A program made the translations under genes and the position numbers. The notes below the pieces were generated by a model that saw nothing but the letters and a program-made list of their open reading frames with translations, had not been told where the DNA came from and made no database searches. 64,000 nucleotides of DNA from Octopus sinensis (taxonomy: Eukaryota): positions 23,296 through 87,295 of the forward strand of contig NW_021833044.1 in NCBI RefSeq assembly GCF_006345805.1, read 5' to 3'. Shown piece by piece: positions 12,885 through 26,394 of this stretch; within the stretch, counting starts at the first letter, position 1, and every line of letters begins with the position of its first letter.

Positions 12885-13037
12885 TGTATTTTCTCTCCTT
12901 GTTTCTTTCTGTGGAAGAGCGTAGGCTCGAAACATTAATGCCTTTTTTACTTCCCGAACGTTAAACTAATACATTGTTTGTTGTCTACACCACCTGACCA
13001 CCTGTCTTCGTCTTTTGTTTTGTTTTGTGAATTCTCC

Positions 13038-13040
<3 letters not shown>
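12885..13040 (+). mobile_element. Short Penelope-type element with variant hammerhead (paralog of 960-1137)
   Basis: CTGTGGA-A-GAGC gtag GCTC-GAAAC; same downstream cgttaaactaatac block. Confidence 0.6.
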
Positions 13041-13094
<54 letters not shown>

Positions 13095-13358
13095 ACAGTG
13101 TTAGATACATATAGATATGTATATTAAATGTGGCATTCATGCCTTCATATGTATGTAGTATGTATGTTTGTACAATGTTTTGTATCTATGTACTTCTATA
13201 CACGCACCGACAGACACACATACACACATAGACCTATACACTACGTTCTGGCTTTGTTCATGCATACAACTCATATCTACATATCTAGCTATTACGTTCT
13301 ATATATATATATTAATATATATATATGTATATAAATATATGTACTTACTTATAACAAT

Positions 13359-13394
<36 letters not shown>

Positions 13395-13659
13395 AGAAAG
13401 AAAGGGAGAAAGAGAGAGAGAGAGAGAGAGTACCAGAGAGACACAGATAGTGAGAGACAGAGAGATATATATATATATGTGCATATATATATATATATGT
13501 GTGTGTGTATGTATGTAAATATATATGTATGTATATACATATATATATATAAATATAGATGTAGATATATATATATATATATAAATATATATATATATAA
13601 AACATTATTGGTGAATTGAAGAAATGGAGCTGAACGCAGATTGAACAGAAATCGTTTTA

Positions 13660-13748
13660 TTTCATTCTACACGTGTTTCGAAAGGCACAAATTACCAAAA
13701 TCCGATTGAATAATGGGACCATATTGTGTCTTTCTCTTCAGGAAGAAA
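13660..13748 (-). ncRNA. Type I hammerhead ribozyme in 3' pLTR
   Basis: tttcttc-CTGAAGA-gaaagacacaa...ttgtgcctttc-GAAAC acgt GTA-gaatgaaa. Confidence 0.88.
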
Positions 13749-14334
13749 ATAGGAAATCCGTTGGAAAAACAAAAACAGAACAGAGGCGGAGCAAAAAGAA
13801 ATCGAACTATGCTCCTAAGAGCCCATGGCGAAACTGTTTATCAGTGTATGTTGAGAACCGGTGGCTGAGGAATTCAACGGGTCAGGCATCGGTCAATCAT
13901 GTGGGTGAGGGTGTGTAGATGTTCTTTGTGACCGAGAATAAAGTTCTGACTATTTAAGGAATATTGGATGTTTTATAAGGGGCGACAAAAAATCTACTTA
14001 GAGACGTGTGTGTGTATATACTGTTCTATATATGTGTGTGTTGGCGTAGGGGTAGAAAACATTTTTTGTGTACGTGTGTGCGTTTGATCGTTCGGCTGTC
14101 AGTGGCTACTGCCGTGAGAACCGTGGGTGCAGAAAAAAAAAAATATATATTATGTTTTATGTGTGGTGTGTGTTCATCTAAGCCTGCTTGTCAAGGAAAC
14201 CCCCGCTGTGAAAAAAACCAAGCCCCGGTTGTCTTACAGGAGTAATTCCCCTTGCAGTGGTTAATCGTAGATATCTTAAAGGCTATTTCAGAATTTGTTA
14301 CCAAGGGCTATGGGTGCCGGTATTATTATAAACG

Positions 14335-17030
14335 CTATTTAAAAGCCAGATAAGTGTAACGCCGCCAATGGGGGCATCGAAAAGCCGACTGTAAAAGCCC
14401 GTTTACCATCCGGCCTCTGGCAAACAAAATATGGAAGAGTTCGGAGACACAAAGGTTGCACTGCCCTCTGCCCCTATCAAATGGGAGGGCCACCGACAAA
14501 ATTGACCATTCCAGCCTGTAGCTTAAGTTCGTATCCTTCAGTCGCCATATTAGCTTACTGAGTCCCGTGGTCTGGCGCTTGTTCATGTCCCGAAAAGTTG
14601 CGTAATGGTTGGAGACACGCAAAGACAATCTTGAGGATGAGGCCCCTACATAAGTGAAGACATCTGAGTCCGTGTAAACCTTGCATTGGTAGATGGCGTT
14701 TTTGATCTTGGAGTTCGCCGACGTGAATCTTATTCTGCTAGGATTAGTTTCTGAAATTAGAACTGCGTTCCTGTCACTATATTCGTTCCGAGACCTGCAG
14801 CCGCTTACTACTCTATTTTCCACTACGTCACTATTAACTATAGGAATAACCCCTGATTCTCCACTATCTATCAGTGCTGTCATTGCTACTGCCCGTGGTG
14901 CTGCTATTGCGGGAAATGATGCTGGGGATGCTATTGGGGCTCTCTACCCTACTCCCATTGTTACCGTCAACCACAACACCCCTATTTATAACTATACCCT
15001 AGTGGGTACTCCCTGGCTGGAGCTGAGATTATGTGTCACTGTACTGGCTCTCATATCATTATTACTACTATAATTATTCCTACTGAGCATTAAACCGGGA
15101 GCGGAAGAGGCTGTGCCTCCGGAAAAAGGTGATAGGGTCTTAGTAAGTAGCCTATATTATGGGAGGCGATTATCTGGGCGAGGTTTTAGTGTTGGAGAAA
15201 GCTATCCTAACTTTATGCGAGTTAACCGTGGAGTAATATTTGGAATTTCTGGGGAAGTTATTGGCGATGGCTTGTCTAAACATGAGGGGGAGGTTAGTTC
15301 TAATCTGCTTACCAAAGGGGATTACAAACCATATATGCTTATTCCTATCAGTGTGATGGGTCGGGACGCCAGCTCTCGCATTCGGGTGGGTGATTCTCGG
15401 ATGAATAACGGGTCTTGGGTTAGTGTAAGACCTCCCGGACCGATAATTATCCTTGTTCGCTAAATTAAATGCGGGAGCGACTACCCCGGCATCCGCCGCG
15501 CTCCCGTCCTTACTAAAATGTTAATTTATTATATACGGCCCTATCCTGATGACCGAATGATGGCATCGGAAGGGCCGGATCAATATAAATTACCTTCTGC
15601 CTATAACCGGCCTGGATAGTGCGGCGTTATAAAATTCCGCTTTCTGCATAAAAATATCGGCACTGGCGGACAAGCCAGACAATCTTAGAGAGATGTTTTT
15701 AACCAAATTGTCTGTTACGGTTTTGGCATGATTGAGAAGACACTGACATACTTCAAATTAGTGGAAGGCTTATGGTAAGGCAGTATGAGTCGCTATAAGG
15801 TTAAGTGTAACGTCTAGGAAATTAGCCTTGGTGAGTTCATTATCAAGACTATACTCATGCCCATTCTATTAAAAAACCTAGCTAACCTGCTCTTAGTTTT
15901 CTGCACTATTCTGTTCGTGGTGTTTTGCAGGTAAAACAGACAATCGTCACGATACAGGCCGCCCGCGATCTCCGGGAATTGGTCGGACAATTCGTAGAGA
16001 ATATATATTCCGACCAAATCGGCTATCTGCGCACTATCCGAACTACCCATAGGCACATCAAATTCATTGGGAGTATCTTTACGGATCCACACTTATTATC
16101 AAACTTAATAAACGATTTCCTGGCAACTAAAATGATATCCATCTCTTCTCTGTGAGGCCAGCCTTGTTGTGAGCATGCCAGAGGGCCTTATTAGCACACT
16201 AGGGTTAATCGAGGGGTAGAAGCTGGCGATATCAAACTGAATGAACCTAGTACGGTTCTTATTGGGGATGGAAGAGAACCACTTCACTACCTGCGAGGAG
16301 TTGGCCCAGAGGCTGAGCTTCAGCTTGTTTACTAAACTAGGGATATATTTATCTAAAATGTACTTACTGATTATCCCGATATCAGATCTAGCAGGGCATA
16401 TGAGTCTTAGCGCTGGGTTGGTGTGGAAGTTCGGTTTATGGTCCTTCACTATAAATCTAGGTAGCTTAGGGCTAAGCGGCTGAGTTCTCATTTGAATTCG
16501 GTGTTTAAATATTATTTCCTTAATTTCCAAGTTTACCTTCCTCAGGGTACTCCAATTGGTTTTTCTATAATTTTTCTTGATCTCTTTACCGAGTAAATCT
16601 AGGTACTGCTTAATGGGCATCTTGTATGTGTTCCTGGTCTTGTCGGACTGGACCAGGACTCCGTTCTATTAATGTCCTTGGTAATTTTATCTAGGTATCT
16701 GAGGTGGGCATTTCTCCTGGGTGACTTCCTGAACTTAATCTTTCTAACTATGTCCCACAAGTCGTCCTCAAACTTCTTCAGTCTTGGGTTAGGTGGCGGC
16801 GTATCCAATGTTTTAAAAAGCCGGCCGTATTCGGACGATGCTGTTGTCCGGTTCGATTTTAGATCTTCGTTCTCGTGGAAGAAAATGAGCCATTATCCGG
16901 TTTATGAATGCGTTGGTTTTACAAACCAACTCCTAAGGAAGGCATCCTTTGGTGGTATAGGAATATCCTTAAGGGACGCATCAATCTCGACAACTCCATT
17001 ATTGGTATCGGTTAAAGTAGCAGTTTCTTG
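14335..17030 (-). pseudogene. Penelope polyprotein (RT + GIY-YIG endonuclease) broken by frameshifts
   Basis: ORF fragments 16599-16808, 16105-16620, 15814-16092 and 14335-14883 carry collinear motifs. Confidence 0.9.
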
Positions 17031-17277
17031 ACGAAGCGGTATGTATTATGTGAAATAGAAAGATGAATAATCTTGTAGTAGATTAATCAAAAGTTTAACC
17101 GATACCTTAGTAGCAAAAATCACAGCAGTAAACAGCACGGTTGGAGGTACAACCATATGGTGTTGCAACCGTGCGTTGGTGCGGATAATTGAAATTAAAA
17201 CATTATTGGTGAATTGAAGAAATGGAGCTGAACGCAGATTGAACAGAAATCGTTTTATTTCATTCTACACGTGTTTC

Positions 17278-18207
17278 CAGTGCAACCTTTGTGTCTCCGA
17301 ACTCTTCCATATTTTGTTTGCCAGAGGCCGGATGGTAAACGGGCTTTTACAGTCGGCTTTTCGATGCTCCCATTGGCGGCGTTACACTTATCTGGCTTTT
17401 AAATAGCGTTTATAAATAATACCGGCGCCCATAGCCCTTGGTAACAAATTCTGAAATAGCCTTTAAGATATCTACGATTAACCACTGCAAGGGGAATTAC
17501 TCCTGTATGACAAACGGGGCTTGGTTTTTTCACAGCGGGGGGTTTCCTTGACAAGGCAGGCTTAGATGAACACACACACACATAAAACATAATATATATT
17601 TTTTTTTTCTGCCACCCAACGGTTCTCACACACACACAGTATACACACACACACGTCTCTAAGTAGATTTTTTCTCGCCCCTTATAAAACATCCAATATT
17701 CCTTAAATAGTCAGAACTTTATTCTCGGTCACAAAGAACGTCTACACACCCTCACCCACATGATTGACCGATGCCTGACCCGTTGAATTCTTCAGCCACC
17801 GGTTCTCAACATACACTGATAAACAGTTTCGCCATGGGCTCTTAGGAGCATAGTTCGATTTGTTTTTGCTCCGCCTCTGTTCTGTTTTTGTTTTTCCAAC
17901 GGATTTCCTATTTTCTTCCTGAAGAGAAAGACACAATATGGTCCCATTATTCAATCGGATTTTGGTAATTTGTGCCTTTCGAAACACGTGTAGAATGAAA
18001 TAAAACGATTTCTGTTCAATCTGCGTTCAGCTCCATTTCTTCAATTCACCAATAATGTTTTAATTTCAATTATCCGCACCAACGCACGGTTGCAACACCA
18101 TATGGTTGTACCTCCAACCGTGCTGTTTACTGCTGTGATTTTTGCTACTAAGGTATCGGTTAAACTTTTGATTAATCTACTACAAGATTATTCATCTTTC
18201 TATTTCA

Positions 18208-18209
<2 letters not shown>
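17278..18209 (+). mobile_element. Inverted second copy of the same element: GIY-YIG C-terminus, pLTR and 5' leader
   Basis: Reverse complement of 14463-13601 with one ~85-bp deletion, continuing as reverse complement of 17200-17049. Confidence 0.93.
17912..18000 (+). ncRNA. Type I hammerhead ribozyme in inverted pLTR
   Basis: Same sequence as the 13660-13748 motif; palindromic stem III ACACGTGT; GUA cleavage triplet. Confidence 0.88.
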
Positions 18210-18238
<29 letters not shown>

Positions 18239-18599
18239 AAATATATATACACGTAGATGTGGTCAAACATATGTTTGTTGCATATGTTATGTGGCTTTGT
18301 GTCCAGGCACTTCAACACATACACGAGTATAATGACGTGTCTATACTTCTGCTGCCTCATAAATATATATCTTCATTTCACTTAATAAAATGTCTCTTCT
18401 GTTGCTCTGAGTTTTCATTACCGAGATCAAAATTCGTCTAGCAGTACTTCCTTTTAATATAGATGTCTCTGCCTCCATTTATATATGCCTGTCCTTCTCT
18501 CTCTCCCTCTCACACTCTTTCTCCTATTTTCTCAGTCTCTGTCTGTCTTTCTCCTGTTTGTTCGTCAGTTTTACGTAGATATACAAATAAAGTATGCAT

Positions 18600-18645
<46 letters not shown>

Positions 18646-18646
18646 T

Positions 18647-18754
<108 letters not shown>

Positions 18755-18917
18755 CATGTACTCACACCTACACACACAGACTCTCACACATTTACATCTC
18801 TTCATTTTGTTATCTGTTATTGATACCTGATGTATGTGAGTGTCTGCTTACACTTTCATATATATGGACATACAGACTTACATACAAGCCAACACACTTA
18901 CATATATACACGTACTG

Positions 18918-18948
<31 letters not shown>

Positions 18949-19119
18949 TGTATGTATGTATCTATCTATCTATGCATACATAAATATATACATACATATA
19001 CATATGCATATATGGATACATACACACACATATACGTATATTTATATGATTCAACATATGTAATTTATATATGTTAATATGTCTGCTTATACGTATATTT
19101 ATGTACATGCATACCTACG

Positions 19120-19181
<62 letters not shown>

Positions 19182-20958
19182 TACTCACGTTCACCCATAT
19201 GCTCTGCTTTTAAGGAACAGGTGAAAAAGTACTCAATATATTATGTGCAGTATAATTATGTTTATTGAATTAACGTGTTCTCTAATTTTTGTTCAAAGAT
19301 TACTTTATGTATCTAACACCATTTTCAGGCCATTAATGCTAAACACATCTTAATCGAAGGTGGATCGATGTGTGTCGCGTGTAGAGGACAGTAATTTACA
19401 ACCAAATATTTCATGAACACAACGTTTCATTAAGAACAAACTGGACGCTGTTATTTCACTTGATGTGTGCGCTGACGATTTCTGCTTCGTTATTTGCATC
19501 GATTTCCTTGTTATTATAATATGCATCGTAGTGTCCACACAGCCATGTCTTTATGAAAACGCCGAGATAGTTATGCATGAGTTATTATTGATATCAACAT
19601 TCAGACTAAAACTAGTGTCGGTTATTTATTTCCATGTTATTGGTACGCAATGGATTTTGTGGAGTTACTAAAATTTTGTGGTAGAAGAATATTTGAAGGG
19701 CTGAAATACTAAATTCTTCGTGTGAAGGCCAAAGAAGATGTTTTGTGTTTCACGTTTAAAATGTGACCTAATAGAGGGATCAGGGGGATTACTGCATACG
19801 CCATTTCAGTTTCTTACCGAATGACTGCAAATGGTTTTCTGCGACACGCGACATCCTTTAGGATACCCCGTAGGGAAAAGACTGCAGGTGTTAGATCTTG
19901 AGAACATGCGGGCAAGTCAACTGCATCTCTTCGTCCTATCCAGTATGCTTGCAAATTCTCCTCCAGGTAAACTCGCTCGTCTCAGCAGTAGTATAGTGAT
20001 GAATCCTCTTGATAAAAATTCATTTCAATGAAGTGCATGTATGACTGGTAACATAGACGTGCTTAGCATGTGTAGGTATGCTTGATCAGTGACAGCACCT
20101 CAAAGTAGAATGTTCCTACTCAACCTCTTAATGACACTGTACACCAGACATTGACCCATTTTCTTCACACGGATTTGCGATTTTCTAGTGCCCAGTAAAC
20201 CCAGTTATGTCGGTTCACTTTTCCGTGATTCATCAGACCACAAAATCGCCCTCAAAAATTCTTAATCCTCAGTTATAATGCGTTGAAATAACTCACAGAA
20301 ATCAATTCACCGATCAAGATCGTCATCGTTTATTGAACTTAATAGTCTTGAGATGAAAACTTTCCACTTAGCTCTATAAAGAATGCGCCGTATGTTTGTA
20401 CTGCTTATTCCTGTCTCTCGTACAAATTAAGTGGCAGATGTCTGTAGTCAATGTGTAAATTATTGCAACATGATAACCAACGAAGAAACACTTGTTATGA
20501 ACTTCAATAACAATGTCAAACTTGAAATACCACATTCAAATGCATTTACGTTCTTTGAATGACAATCTTACCCCTGCCAATTTGTCTTAGTAACTCACAC
20601 TAGTATTCATAAGAAAGTTTTCAGTGATTTTCATATGAAAATATTGGCCATTCACTGCTTCATACGACAATAGATAATCAAGTGAAATCGAATTTTTAAC
20701 TTTTCAACAACTGTAGAAACTACAGTATTTTTACAATAAATGATATTGAAAGGAAAGCATATTTAAAAAGGCCAAAAAAGAAAAATCAATGAAGGTTAAA
20801 GCTAACCTGCATTAATCCCGAGATATCTGAATTAATTTGCACGTCTGCATGCCTGCCTGCCTGACTGACTGTCAGTCTGTCAATCTATCTATATATCTGT
20901 CTGTCTGTCTCTTTATCTATCAGTCAAACTATGTATCTCTGCGTATATGTATGTGTGG

Positions 20959-21067
<109 letters not shown>

Positions 21068-21392
21068 TGGATGAGGAGACCCCTTCAGTTAAGATTGCAC
21101 CTAGAAAGTTACCCTCCCGGTACAAGTCCGGGCAAGTTTGTTTATGGAAGACTAGCAGCCGGCCCATGCATTCCGCGCCTCTCCACGCCACTAGTGTTAT
21201 CCAAGGTAAAGGCAAAGGCCGATACAGTTTGGCATCGCTGACGTCGCAACTCATTTTTACAGCTGAGTGACCTGGAGCAACGTAAGATAAAGTGTCTTGC
21301 TCAAGAACACAACACGCAGGCCGGTCCGGGAATGGAACTCACAATCTCACGATCGTAAGCTCGACGCTCCAACCACTGAGCCATGCGCCTTC
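21068..21392 (-). mobile_element. tRNA-SINE family C, near full length
   Basis: Box A tggctcagtgg, box B gagttccattcc, then cttgagcaagacactttat..ttgctccaggtcactcagctg. Confidence 0.85.
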
Positions 21393-21424
21393 ATATATAG
21401 ATATATATAGATATCTATATCTAA

Positions 21425-21517
<93 letters not shown>

Positions 21518-22025
21518 CCTATCTATCTATCTGTCTATCTATATATCGCTATATATATCTTACATATATACGTGTGTGCGCGCGTGTATATGTGAGTCTC
21601 TATGCGTGTGTGATGTGAGTTTATGCGTGTGTGCATGTGTATGTGTATGTGTGCATGTGTGCGTATGGATTTACCAAAGTTAAAATTTTACCAGTTTGAA
21701 ATGTTTACGCTGAAGAGCCTTTCTTTATGTGATATCACACACACACATATGCACACACACATACACACCAGTACTCTCTCTCTCTCATTCTGTCTTTCCT
21801 TCTTTCTTTCTCTCTCACGTGTAAACATAATTTTTAGTTGTATGAACTACATAAACACTTCAGGTTTCACACACACAGACACCCCCACAAACACACACAT
21901 ACATATATATATATATACACATACATACGAACATACACGCATACGCACACATATAGATAGACCAACATATACATACATACATATATATATATATATGTCT
22001 AAAAATATACAAACACCCATACAGG

Positions 22026-22057
<32 letters not shown>

Positions 22058-22989
22058 CATACATATATATATATATATATACATGTGCGTATGTGTGTGT
22101 GTACGTACGTACATACGTGTGTGTATGTATGTGCATACGTGTGTATATGTGCGTCCGCGCGCTTCTATGTATACTTATGCACAACCTGAATGTAAATAAT
22201 TCTTACGTATTTTCCATCACTTTCCCATGCAGCGAAGGAGCGACGAAAACTGTACAGCTGTAAAACGATTGAGAACTTAGCCGCCTATTTTATCACCTTG
22301 TATTGTTACTAAACGTTATATTGTGCCATATATATATATTTGCCTTATCATCATCTGTATTTTATTTCCATTTCAAGAAAACTGGAACATCCTCGTATTT
22401 ATAAAATCTGTTTGAAAACATTCACCGTATTTCATTGTCCTATGTTTAGTAGATATTACGATACATTAATCCATACGCAAATATTATCTCGCTACTGTAA
22501 TTCGCCGTTTGATTAATGGCGATATTGGAAATTGTAGCGATCGCTGTAAGCGTAAATTGCGAGTTCTTTACCGGTGTTATTTCATTGTGCAATCCATATC
22601 TTCGAGATACAGGTCTATAATTTAACCGAACGTTGATGTGGTCACTATGTAATTATATGCAAATGCGTGTAACAGATATCCTGTAATCGCTGTTTCAACG
22701 CGTTAAACGTATTGCTTTATGGCGGATACGATCAGAATGATCATAATAATCATCTGTAAAGATCACCAATTGATAAAACGGCAGAAATATGCTCTAAAAA
22801 TTCCTTACATTGTGTAATGGCGTTCCCAGTTCAAATGTAACCAGGGGTCAAATTGGCTCTTTCTTCCCTCATGTCTAGATGAAATATATAAATATTGGCG
22901 TCGATTAAATCGATATTAGCCCTTACTCCGACGCTTGTATACGATTGACAGAAGGTAGGAATAATGAATACTAATATGAATATCACTAC

Positions 22990-23215
22990 AACGTGAATTG
23001 GCAGAACCGTTCGAGTTGGAAGAGGAGGGGGAAAACCCTTGTAATATTTATTCCGACTGGCTTTTTACATACGGAATTCAAATATCACCGAGGTCAAACT
23101 TCCCTTTCATCCCATCCGGGGTTGATAATATAAGAACCACTTGGGATCTAGGGTCAATGTAATCTATTTGCGCCCTCCTGTAAAATTGTCGGGATTGTAA
23201 AACATTATTATTAAA
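22990..23215 (+). mobile_element. Degenerate SINE family B
   Basis: aattcaaatatcaccgaggtcaaacttccctttcatcccatccggggttgataa. Confidence 0.65.
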
Positions 23216-23349
23216 GTCAGACCCATTTATTTCGACCTACGTATCTAAGCCATATTTTTAATCACCAGTCACCAAATTAACTGGAGGATAGAATTTTCCC
23301 AATCCAACACCACGTTCTATTCCAAAAATTTTATCCTTCTTTTTATCGT

Positions 23350-23686
23350 TTGTCTTCTACGTGTTTCAGTCATTAGGCTGCAGCCACGCTGTGCCACCAC
23401 CTTCAAAGATAAGTACTAGAGGCGAACGAATCGACTGCAGTACTTAGATATTCTTAAACGCCTGGTAGTTATTCTGTCGCTCTCTTTTACTAAGGCGCTA
23501 AATTGTGGGAACATTAACACACCCGTTCTCAAGCGATAATGGTGGAAAATGCAGACACAAAGACTTGCAGGCAAACACAGAAACACATACACACATATAC
23601 ACACACACACGCACGCACGCACACACATACACATACTCACTCACACATACCCGCGCAGATACACACACACACACAACTAAATGTAT

Positions 23687-23737
<51 letters not shown>

Positions 23738-23950
23738 TATATATGCACACATACATGCATACACACACACACACACACACGCACACACACACATATATTG
23801 GTACAACGAGTTTCCATTCAGATTCTGTCTACCAAATCTACTCAGAATGCATTGGTGGACCCGAGGCTATAGAAAAAGACGCTTGCCCAAAGTGCCACGC
23901 GTTAAGGCTGAAACCGGAACCACATAACTGAGAAGCAAACTTCTTACTAA
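23350..23950 (-). mobile_element. tRNA-SINE family A with internal microsatellite
   Basis: Reverse-complement similarity to 24020-24405 and 40553-40985. Confidence 0.75.
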
Positions 23951-24019
23951 ACACTATGAAAATTGTGATAATACTTAATTTAGTTCACACAGCTGTCACT
24001 ATTTCTAACAAACATAGGA

Positions 24020-24405
24020 ACAGGAGTGGCTATGTGGTAAGTAGCTTGCTTACCAACCACATGGTTCCGGGTTCAATCCTACTGTGTGGCACCTTGGGCA
24101 AGTGACTTCTACTATAGTCTCGGGCCCACCAAAGCCTTGCGAGTGGATTTGGTAGACGGAAACTAAAAGAAGCTCGTCGTATATACATATATATATACAT
24201 ATGTGTGTGTGTGTATGTGTGTGTGTGTGTCTGTATTTGTCCCCTCAACATCGCTTGACAACCGATGCTGGTGTGTTTACGTCCCCGTCGCTTGGCAGAA
24301 GAGACCGATAGAATAAGTACTAGGCTTACAAAGAATAAGTCCTGGGGTCGATTTGCTCGACTAAAGGCGGTGCCGCAGTCAAATGACTGAAACAAAGAAA
24401 AGAAT
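24020..24405 (+). mobile_element. tRNA-SINE family A
   Basis: Box A tggctatgtgg, box B ggttcaatcc, CORE-like accttgggcaagt, internal (TA)/(TG), tail gcagtcaaatgactgaaaca. Confidence 0.88.
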
Positions 24406-24599
24406 GACACTTTCTTAGCCCTCTTAAATGAAGGTGGTGCATTCTTCCTTGCGGATTCGGTTAATAGCTGTATTCGATTCCTGGTGACAACAGTATTTTC
24501 ATATAACCTGGTAAGTGAGGAATGTTCGCATATCGAACGACAGGATAAAGTTTCACCGCTACATTTAGCGAATTTTCGCTGCCGTTATATAGGGAACAA

Positions 24600-25060
24600 A
24601 CACTCAGAGAGAAAGGTTAAAGATGGAGAGCGGATTGCGATATCTAGCTGAAGAAGAGAAGAACGAATGAAAAGAGGAGGATGAAGAGAAAGACGAGGAG
24701 TAAGAAAAAGTACGATACAAATAAAAGGAGAAAATATAATGAGAAAAGAGGGAGAAAAAGAAGACGAAGGAAAGAAAAAGTAAAAGAAACGGAAGAGGAG
24801 GAGAGGATTAAAGAAGGAGAAAATACAAAATATAATGATGAAAAGAGAAAGAAGAGACGAAAAAGTTACAAGAAGAAGGAGAAAAAGATGATGATGATGA
24901 TGTAGAAGAAGAATAAGCAGAACAAGGGGAGTAGCGAGAGGAGAAGAAAGAGGTAAAAAAGTAATGCGAAGAAGGGGAGGAGGAAGAAGAACGAGGAGGA
25001 GAAGGGGAGAGGAATTGAAAAAATATTGGCAATGACAAAACGGGAAAGTATGGATGAAGT
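24600..25060. repeat. Purine-rich low-complexity tract
   Basis: Degenerate GAA/GGA repeats. Confidence 0.8.
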
Positions 25061-25319
25061 CGAAGTGTCGGAGAATTCTCTGGAATAATATCGTTGACGT
25101 CATTATGGTGTACATTTACAGACAAAGTTACTGCTTCCGCCAACATATCGGTTCTGATTTTTAATTAGAATCAACTTTTATGTAATGATCAATATACACT
25201 TAATTATTAGAAACAGACACGTAAATGTGGGCAAAAACTGCTGCCAGCATCCTGACAATAATAATAACAAGCACAACAACAACAACTACTACAACAACAA
25301 CAACTACAACAATAATAAT

Positions 25320-26290
25320 AATACTTTCGTTATTGGCCACCAGGGCCGATCGCAAAACGTAGAAGACGATACAAAGACGAGGGACAGTGAGATTATACGT
25401 GTAAAAACCCAACAAACACAGCGATTAACAAAGAGGTTAAATCAACAATATGCTTCCCCAATAGGGGTTGTTCCACCGTAAGGTGACCAAAGAGACCTCA
25501 CGCACTTTGGACCCCTTAACACCAACGGCTTCACAGGAAGGCGTCCTCTCTTCTCCCTTCCATTCGCAAGTAGGCCCATTCACGCTGTCCATTCTTACCA
25601 CATTCACCCACCATTCAACGAACTTACTTTCTTGGGTTCAATTTCTGGTTCTATTGCCATGCCTTTCTGTTCTTGCTTTTGTCATCTCATGGTTGCGCTG
25701 CTTTCCTTTGGACATTTCTTTCTGTCCTTCTGTTCTGGTTCTGTGGGCAGAAAAACCGAAAGTGGGACGTTGAACCACAATCATGGGATTTCGGCCTTCA
25801 ACCCTCCACGTTCACCTATAGTCCTACTCCATTCGAGAGAGAAATCAGATCTGGGACTTTCTCTAACTTCTCTGACTTCACGTAGAGAAGAATTTCAAAG
25901 ACAGTCCCTATCCAATCCTCTCGCTTCGATCTTTTAACATTCCAGAGATTCTCCCGTTCGTACCAATACAGGCGAGAATCCACCATAGATCTAGGTCTGG
26001 TGGGCCTCTACTCCGTATGTCTTTCAAGGCTTTTCCAACCTGGTAGCGTTTGGTATTTTCGAGCTTCCTTGGCTTTGTGTTCACGAACCAACAGACTACT
26101 GTCCGTTTGGCTGTTGCTTCAAGCACTCGCTCGGAGGTGTCAATTCTAGACTTCTTCCATTCATTTTCATATAGTTTGCTGCCTTAATATAGTTTTTCTA
26201 TTTTCTTCTCCAATGAAGTATTCAGCAATTTTTTAGCTGCCGTAATATTTGCAAAAATCTCTTCCCGCCACTAACTCCATTTTGTTAGTC
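25320..26290 (-). mobile_element. Decayed L1/Tx1-like element, apparently ORF1 only
   Basis: Minus strand: KRTVV, PMIV..P, degenerate FFC..G..KKCP knuckle; tail ggccctggtggccaataacgaaag then (TAT)n; resembles 49075-50915. Confidence 0.5.
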
Positions 26291-26394
26291 TCTTCCTAGC
26301 AGCAGTTGCTGTTACTGTTGTTCTTCGTGCTACTACAATTTCCATGTAGTGAGGAAGACTTTACTCTTTCCTTCCTTTCATCTCTTTTCTGATT

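Larger units (their letters stand above)
13601..17277 (-). mobile_element. Near full-length Naiad-type Penelope retroelement (RT + GIY-YIG, frameshifted) with 3' pLTR and partial 5' pLTR
   Basis: SLKDIPIPPK, FEDDLWDIVRKIKFR, KDHKPNF..RLICPARSDIG, FIQFDIASFYPSI, FDVPMGSSDSAQIADLVG, GGLYRDD, GIY-YIG ORF 14335-14883; 17200-17277 directly repeats 13601-13679. Confidence 0.93.

Noticed and set aside
13673-13918. 81-aa ORF duplicated at 17742-17987
   Set aside because: Antisense to the pLTR; conserved only because the pLTR is duplicated.
15545-15580. CTGATGA-ccga..tcgg-AAG hammerhead-like string
   Set aside because: Antisense within the ORF; lacks GAAA and stem III; likely chance.
17049-17158. 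Intron linking the uORF MVVPPTVLF.. to the Penelope ORF
   Set aside because: The obvious GT/AG pairs do not restore frame and an in-frame TAA intervenes; unresolved without RNA data.
17495-17565. Possible SECIS / selenoprotein Naiad (ATGA...GA in pLTR)
   Set aside because: No correctly placed AA loop, the sister pLTR has AAGA instead of ATGA, and the Cys positions I could read are not TGA.
21292-21392. tRNA genes at SINE heads (also 24020, 40553, 43641)
   Set aside because: No complete cloverleaf, and each continues into a SINE body.
24585-25146. Long hydrophobic or Lys/Arg-rich ORFs
   Set aside because: Products of the purine-rich low-complexity tract.
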